Assembly (NCBI GenBank): GCA_030141605.1
Contig: JAQGDQ010000193.1
Coordinates: 347,260-411,259 of the forward strand
Length of the DNA stretch: 64,000 nucleotides
From: Tubiluchus corallicola
Taxonomy: Eukaryota > Animalia > Priapulida
Direction: 5' to 3'
Below are positions 38,917 through 64,000 of the stretch, one piece after another. Each line of letters starts with the position of its first letter. Position 1 is the first letter of the stretch. Under the pieces are notes generated by a model that saw nothing but the letters and a program-made list of their open reading frames with translations, had not been told where the DNA came from and ran no database searches. Position numbers and translations under genes: made by a program.

Positions 38917-41367
38917 TAAAACCCGCAGTTCCTACTTCAGTAATGTTTCATTTATTTCACTTATTTTGTTTATGTTAAGTATATTTTTTGTAGACATTTG
39001 CGAACCTGATATGTCCAAAATAATTTAATATCGTAGGTTTATATAAAAATTAATATAGTACAAAACATCTTAGTGTAAACATGTTTTGTGTGTCAATTTA
39101 GTATACCTCTAACCATATTTCACGGTGATAATTAGAGAAATCATAATTAGGTTAAAAAACAAATCAAACGAGTATGATGTATGTACAGTATTTCATACAA
39201 AAAAGGACACATTTGATTTACAAATTCTAAAACATTTGAGGCATTGCAGATGTTGAAGATCATTATGTACTATCTGGGCATCCTAAAATAAAAAAGCCAC
39301 ACAGTAAAAATCAACATTAACAGCTTTTATTTAGCTCGGTAGAAAACTTCAACAACAGTGTGAAGGAAACTGCACATCCAAAGTTATGAAAAAGGCATGG
39401 TTGCTGTTATTTCAGGCCGTTGGTCGTCCGTTTCTGCCTCCATACTGGTCGCTCGGATTCCAGATTTGCCGGTGGGGTTACGATAATTTGGACAATATGA
39501 AAGCAGCCGTGAACAGAACTCTTCATTATCGCATTCCTCTGGTGATTCCTTTATCAACATTGTGTACTGTCTTTATTTCTAATACAGTATTGCTGTGTAG
39601 TGTACTCATGGTAAACCCATGTTATTTATCATAGCTCGCAATACGTAATTTATTTGAATGATACTACGAGCAGCTCGTGTGTCAATATCACTTTTTTGTG
39701 TGCCAAATGGCTTTGCTTAAGGGCGCGAAGAGATTTGTCGACTGGTCGCGATGTGCGCACGGCTACAAAGTTAAGCAGTACTAGGCTGTGTTTCTAAATG
39801 GACTGGTGACTACCAGAAAGCTGCTTCTAGGCAGTTTTGTCACCCAGGCTACATTTCATTGAGAAGGATGTATGCACACAGCTGAGTACAGCCAAGTAAC
39901 TTTTGTCAGGTCTTTCTCATTTTAGAGTAATATCGTTGATCATGAACTACGTTCTCGTCCTTCCATGGTGGTTGTGGTAGAGTACAAACCGTGGGCCACA
40001 TATGCTTGTTTGAGAATTATTAATTCTGATGTTCGACCCACGGTAGTATAACTCTGTCCTTCATAGCCATGCAAAAACTTTGTGCTTATACTGTTCATAG
40101 CTGAAGCATCTGCCTGTTACTGTTAGGTGTGATTTGCTGCCCAATTTTCTATTTACATATTATTAGTGATTGGCAATTAACACCCTTCTAACTGTTGTTT
40201 ATATGCCTATTAGGATGTTCAAGTTGGTGACATTGATTATTTTGACAGACTGCTAGACTTTACTTATGATCACAAAAATTTCGCAGGATTACCGGAGTAC
40301 GTGGATCATTTAAAAGAAGAAGGAATAAAGTTCATTACAATTTTAGTGAGTATCGAACAGTTGTCAATACGCAAGTACGTATATTCACTAATTACGAAGT
40401 AAACGTTTGTTAGTGAATAATTAGATTTTTAGAAGTGTTCATTGTTTTGTAATGTGTGATGTCGTGTTAACAATGCCACCCAGAACAAGAACCAATACAT
40501 AATGGTAATAATTAGCACTTATAATCCATAAATCTATGGGCGCCGCCAGAGGTTAAAAAATTGGACGCGCAAGCAGCTAAAGGTTAGGGGTCCGGGAACA
40601 TTTTCGAGGCCTCAAACGAGATCTAAATTCTGATACATAGACTTCCTCAAACGTGAAAGGTTCTGCTTTAATGAATGTATTTTACCTACATTTAAACTAG
40701 GTAATATTCATTGTAGTCTATTGTAGTAGTCATATACCTAAAAAGCAAGTTCATAATACACCGCAATGTCCCATTACTTAAGCTTAATTTATTTAGTGTC
40801 AAGATTATCTGTCCAGCAAAATGTGGATAGTCAAGCATAAAACTGATTTGATACTGTTAAGTTTTAAGCCCACCCACTGTTCATACAAAATTCAATATGT
40901 TTCCGTGAGTGCTAATTTTTCCCACTGGACACAGCTAAATGCAATTTTACTGCATTATACACCATTTTGCGGTCGCTAGAAACTACTTTCTCAAGCAAGT
41001 TCACCTCAAACTCGTGACTCTTAATTTCACTACTATTGTGAAAGGGGGGCCCAGGCTCCTTGGGTCTGCCCCCTAAATGCAGAAGTGCAGTTATAGTTAG
41101 CTGAATATTGTTTAGACAACGGAAATCGACAAGAGAATCGACTCTTTGTAAGTGACATACATACACATAACTTCACTATGGAAATCAGCTATGAACTTCA
41201 ATATGGAGACAAGGGGTTGGTGTGTTTCTTGGTTTACTACTAAAAACTTTATTTAGCCATAAAAAATTTTCTTAAGTTCTGTGAATGCACATGCTCACAT
41301 AAGTAGCACATTGCAGGACCTTGTTACTTTACATTTCAATGAAAGCATGACTAGAGCATATTATTTA

Positions 41368-59747
<18,380 letters not shown>

Positions 59748-62700
59748 TTCAAGGGCTAAAAAAATTAATGTACAATGCCCATTTAACTAAACAGGTCGAT
59801 TATTTACATTGTTGAACCATATTGATATAGTTTTACTGTAATTTTTACAGGTACAACACATTGTTCTTTTAAGATTATCTTAGTTTTCTGTTCCATTTTT
59901 TAAATTGTTCTATTTATCATTTGTTCTATAACTTCACTTCACCATTGCTTCTATTGTCTTCATTTTTGTAGCGACATTTGAAAATGAAAAATTGTAGTGT
60001 ACAAACACTATAGTGGTCACGAAAATATCTGAACTAGTGATTTGATGTTTTTTAATACTTTTGCTTCACGTGCTAGCTCAATACTTCACTTTGTTTACAA
60101 ATAATAATATTTTAGTTTCCTTTTGAATCTGTTTATTGATTTTACTCCAATCAGATATTTAGGTGGTTTCATCTACAGTTTTGATAGTGAAAGATGGAAT
60201 GTCGGTTCAAACTGTTTTGTAACAGAGTCTGTAACAAGACGTAATGGCGCCACCTACCTGTCTGTAACAAGACATAATTGCGTCACCTACCTGTCTGTAA
60301 CATTAGTCATAATTATGTTGACTGTGTAAAGTAAAGCATCAGAGCTTCCAGAACTTACTAGCAACCCTGCCTCATCTGCAAGCTGTAATCATCTTTGGAT
60401 CAAACTAAGACACCATCCTGGAATCTTCCTATAACTCTGAGACCACCTTCTTATTGTGCCTCTTAAAACCCTGGGACCCTTCCATTGAACTACCCTAGGG
60501 TGTTGTTGCTTTGTTGCTTACTAAGACAAATGTGTTTACAACGAAGCAAAATCAGAAGAAGCTAATTTACGTAATTTGATAAAAGGACTTAAACTCACTT
60601 ATGTTGTTTCTAGTGTTGAACAATCTGAAATGGGAAAGAAGGAAAGAACAACATTTAGCAGAGAAATAATCAAGAAAAGGAAAATAATGTTTCTAGATTA
60701 CAAAATTTTGAGAAAACACATTTAATTCATTACTTTTTATGCTGAACCAAAATAACAGAAATTAAGACCTATATATGCAACGATGCCTCTTCTGACCAAC
60801 AAAGAAGAATCACACTGATTGATTGACAACTTGTTCGCAACAAGACTTTCAATTTTTGCCAATTTAATAAGATTTTGTCTGACGTTTCCAGATATAATTC
60901 GGCATACTGCAAGCAAAAACTCAGTATTCAACAGCAGGATTGGAACCCAACTCAGTACCAAGAATAATACCCCAACATCAGATACTGATCCGACAGAAAT
61001 GTGTTAGCATCTTTTCAGCAATTGTTTGGACCCCCACATGCACTAATATAGACAGACAATTCTCAAGACAACCCAAGTAATATTTATTTGTTTATTCATT
61101 AAACCAACAACTTTAAAACATTGTTTACAATGTCTGTATGTATGATGAACAAAGCAACAAAAACACAACATGACAGGTAAACATATAGATCACAACTGAT
61201 TTTAATGTTCCTTGTAAAAATAAATTTAAAATAATAATAATAAGTACAATGCTGACTAGTAAGATAAGACTAGATAGAAAAAAACATTAGTTCTTCAAAA
61301 AAATACTCTTACTAATAAATTTTAATCAGACTTTTTAATCAAATGGTTCTACAACGTTTAGCGCTGAACAGGACTAAACAGAAATTGGGAGTTAAGCCAA
61401 TGAGAAATCTAAACAATGCCTTGAGCACAAAGTGTCACAGCATTTAATAGTTTTGACGAAACATATGGTAAAAATACATACTCCTATCATATAGTCAGTC
61501 CAATCCTCCTTAATAACAGATTATTTTCTTCAATTGTCAATATTTGCTAGTTTTTCATGAAAGCACCAGTCATGATTCAAACACAACTCAAAATATAATG
61601 TTACCCTCAAAAAATGCACTTTCTATGCAAGTCTCTAAAATGCGTCATGCCTGTGCACTGCATAAAGAGTCATTTACACCACCGCAAGTCTCCCATAATC
61701 CCCCTGTACCCAAATCCATTCACCAGTCCAGGAATCAGCAATTGAGGAGTTGGGAACCCTAAATCCTAAGTGAATCTAAGTGATTCATTGATAATAATCA
61801 TGAATGTTACGATAACAAGATGCAAGAGCAAAACTGACATCACAAAAACACAGTAATTATAGCTAATCACCAATAATCTCCTAGTAACAGCAGAACGACA
61901 AAATAATACAAAAACGTTTTCTTCGATTGTGATAAGACACCACAAGCAAAGACAACATAAATATCAGTGAAACAATTTATCAATTTCACTGCCAATAATT
62001 TAAATGTACTTCATTTTCATCAAACATTGTTTGGGGACTAACTTTTAAGAAGGTATATATATATCATGTCTAAACAATGGCTCTTATTCTTTAAACGAAG
62101 AGGGAAGCATGCCAGAATTATTCACTGCAGTTTCAATAAATTATCCTACCAAATGTGCCATTTTATGTTTATTAAGTTATGATTATCCATTCCATTTCAA
62201 TGAAGAGTCTTAATCATGGCCATTAGGCTAACGAAATATGAGCTCCCTCAGATGGAGCCAACCCTCCAACTTTCCGGCAGTCATCTTGAATATTTTTACT
62301 CGTCATATATTTCAGAGACATTTACAAAGCTTGAAGTAAACTTGTTGCAAATTGTTTAGTTACACTGGAATAGCTATCTTACGTTTGCAAATAAAAATAT
62401 TCTTCATAGTTCCTCACCAAATTAGCACATATTTCAACACAAGTAAAAAAACAGATGTTTTACCAAATGTTATCAAAGCTTGAGGGTCCTCCAAAGTTGA
62501 GTATTCTAGATTGCAGCCTATAGTAACCTATAGGATAATACGATTAAAAACAACACAACTTTATTAAAATTTTTAATTTTTAACTTTTAACTTTTGTTTT
62601 TAACTACAAAACTGCATTCTTACATCATTATCAAACATGTCTGAAATACGTAAACATTGTCTTTGTGCTAGCCAGCAGCAATGCAACAATTCCCCATATT

Positions 62701-63007
62701 ATTAAGTTTACAATCACATAATATTTTCACCAGTGCATTACGAAAGAGCAGTAGTTCTCACTATAATTAAGTTTACAAAAAAAAATCAATATTAATTTTT
62801 TCTAATTCTCTGTCAACATGGAATTTGGAAACTCACAATTTCACCCAATTTCTTTCCCACTTGATAAATAAGAGTAATACAAAAAAAAGCACACGAAAAT
62901 TTTAATTTTTACAATATTTTACAAACAACATATCACAACGCAGAGTATGACGTCTTCGAAAATGTCCGTGTGCTCTCAGTATAGCTGTGCGAAGAGATGT
63001 GACCAGA

Positions 63008-64000
63008 CTACAAGATGCTGCATATTGTGCAGCGTCGCACATTAGCTATGGGCGCCATGTTTGGCTGTGTAAGAGTTGTACGGAAATCGCTACTCCTGTG
63101 TAATGCACTTAGCACTGAAGACTGCTGTAGACCAGCTGAAAATTACGTAATTCAACAAGTAAGTAGGTTAGTAAGCAAGCCAATTAGTTAGCAAGTTAGT
63201 AACAGCAGTATTAATTTAGTTAAAAACATAGGAAAAAATTTGAACATACTTCAGCACTACAACAACATAGAAACGACATGATCAACATCACTGAATTAAG
63301 TTACTATTACACAACATTCATAGGAGATGGGTACAATACATGCATACAGTACAAAATTAGCACAATTTATAAAAGTGAAAACAAAGATAAAGATAAAAAA
63401 CATAAAAAAAGAGTGAAGTGAAAGCTTTGCAAAATAAAGAAAACGGAAGAAGAAAAGATTAAACTCACAGTTTACTCAGCAAAATCATTGCTCAAAAGCA
63501 CAGAAGAATGTCAGGAATTTAAAACTCTTGCGAAACAGAGAGCGGTGCTTTATAACTGTGATTTTAAACATTGAAATTTGTAATAAATTAAGTTTCGAGG
63601 GAAATAAGAGTAAAGTTGGTAATGTTTGAATACATTTGGGGCGAGAATAAGAGATTTGTCATCCACACTTCAATGTATACAGACATTTTTGGACATTTAT
63701 GACAAAGTGTAGTAAACCTTCATTTATTTTCGCATAGCAAAAACTAATAACAAGCAAAATGTCGAGATGCAGTGTTCTTGGCAATCCATGATATGTTTAC
63801 TGAACCGGCCAGGTATTGCTCGATTTGGTCGTTAAGCATTCGGTTACCATTCGGCTATTCACTTCACTCTATTTTATCATCTTCAACTCTATCCCGACAG
63901 CAAAATAAATGCGCAAAAGGTAAGAATAAACTGAAATCTAAATAAAAACCAACAACCACGCAAAAATGATGCAACCAAAATCAACTCTCACCTGCTCCAC
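63008..64000 (-). CDS. 3' end of a second (mirror) copy of the ROCO-death-TIR-CaaX gene
   Basis: Terminal exon 63008-63135 appears identical to 28525-28652 (AGLQQSSVLSALHRSSDFRTTLTQPNMAPIANVRRCTICSIL*); the last 9 nt of the penultimate exon are at 63992-64000. Confidence 0.9.

Noticed and set aside
40536-41080. Possible non-autonomous element with GC-rich ends near the fold-back junction
   Set aside because: The ends match poorly as TIRs, it is present in both arms and ends ~200 bp before the junction, so it does not explain the breakpoint.

Overview
AT-rich, intron-rich animal (probably invertebrate) genomic DNA; nothing prokaryotic. All exon chains were read and phase-checked by eye, with no database search. 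(1) 2435-28652 (+): the last 22 coding exons (~1145 aa, 5' end not found in the window) of a ROCO protein with the order Roc GTPase - COR - death domain - TIR - C-terminal CaaX box (...RRCTICSIL*). The TIR keeps a glutamate at the NADase catalytic position. (2) A secreted GH31 alpha-glucosidase (MGAM/SI/GAA-like) with four N-terminal trefoil-like repeats, present twice. The minus-strand copy has 20 exons (59747->41373), both catalytic motifs, and no recognisable final exon(s). The plus-strand copy has 11 exons (31632-40345) and stops before the catalytic residues. (3) The two copies come from a >13.6-kb fold-back inverted duplication (27660-41294 mirrored by 49869-64000, 8.6-kb spacer) that runs off the window and also repeats the ROCO 3' end. 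It may be real or a haplotype-joining assembly artefact. (4) Introns hold a young 5'-truncated RTE LINE with a perfect 13-bp TSD, relics of Tc1/mariner, BEL/Pao, RTE-X-like and possible Penelope elements, MITEs, and mini/microsatellites.
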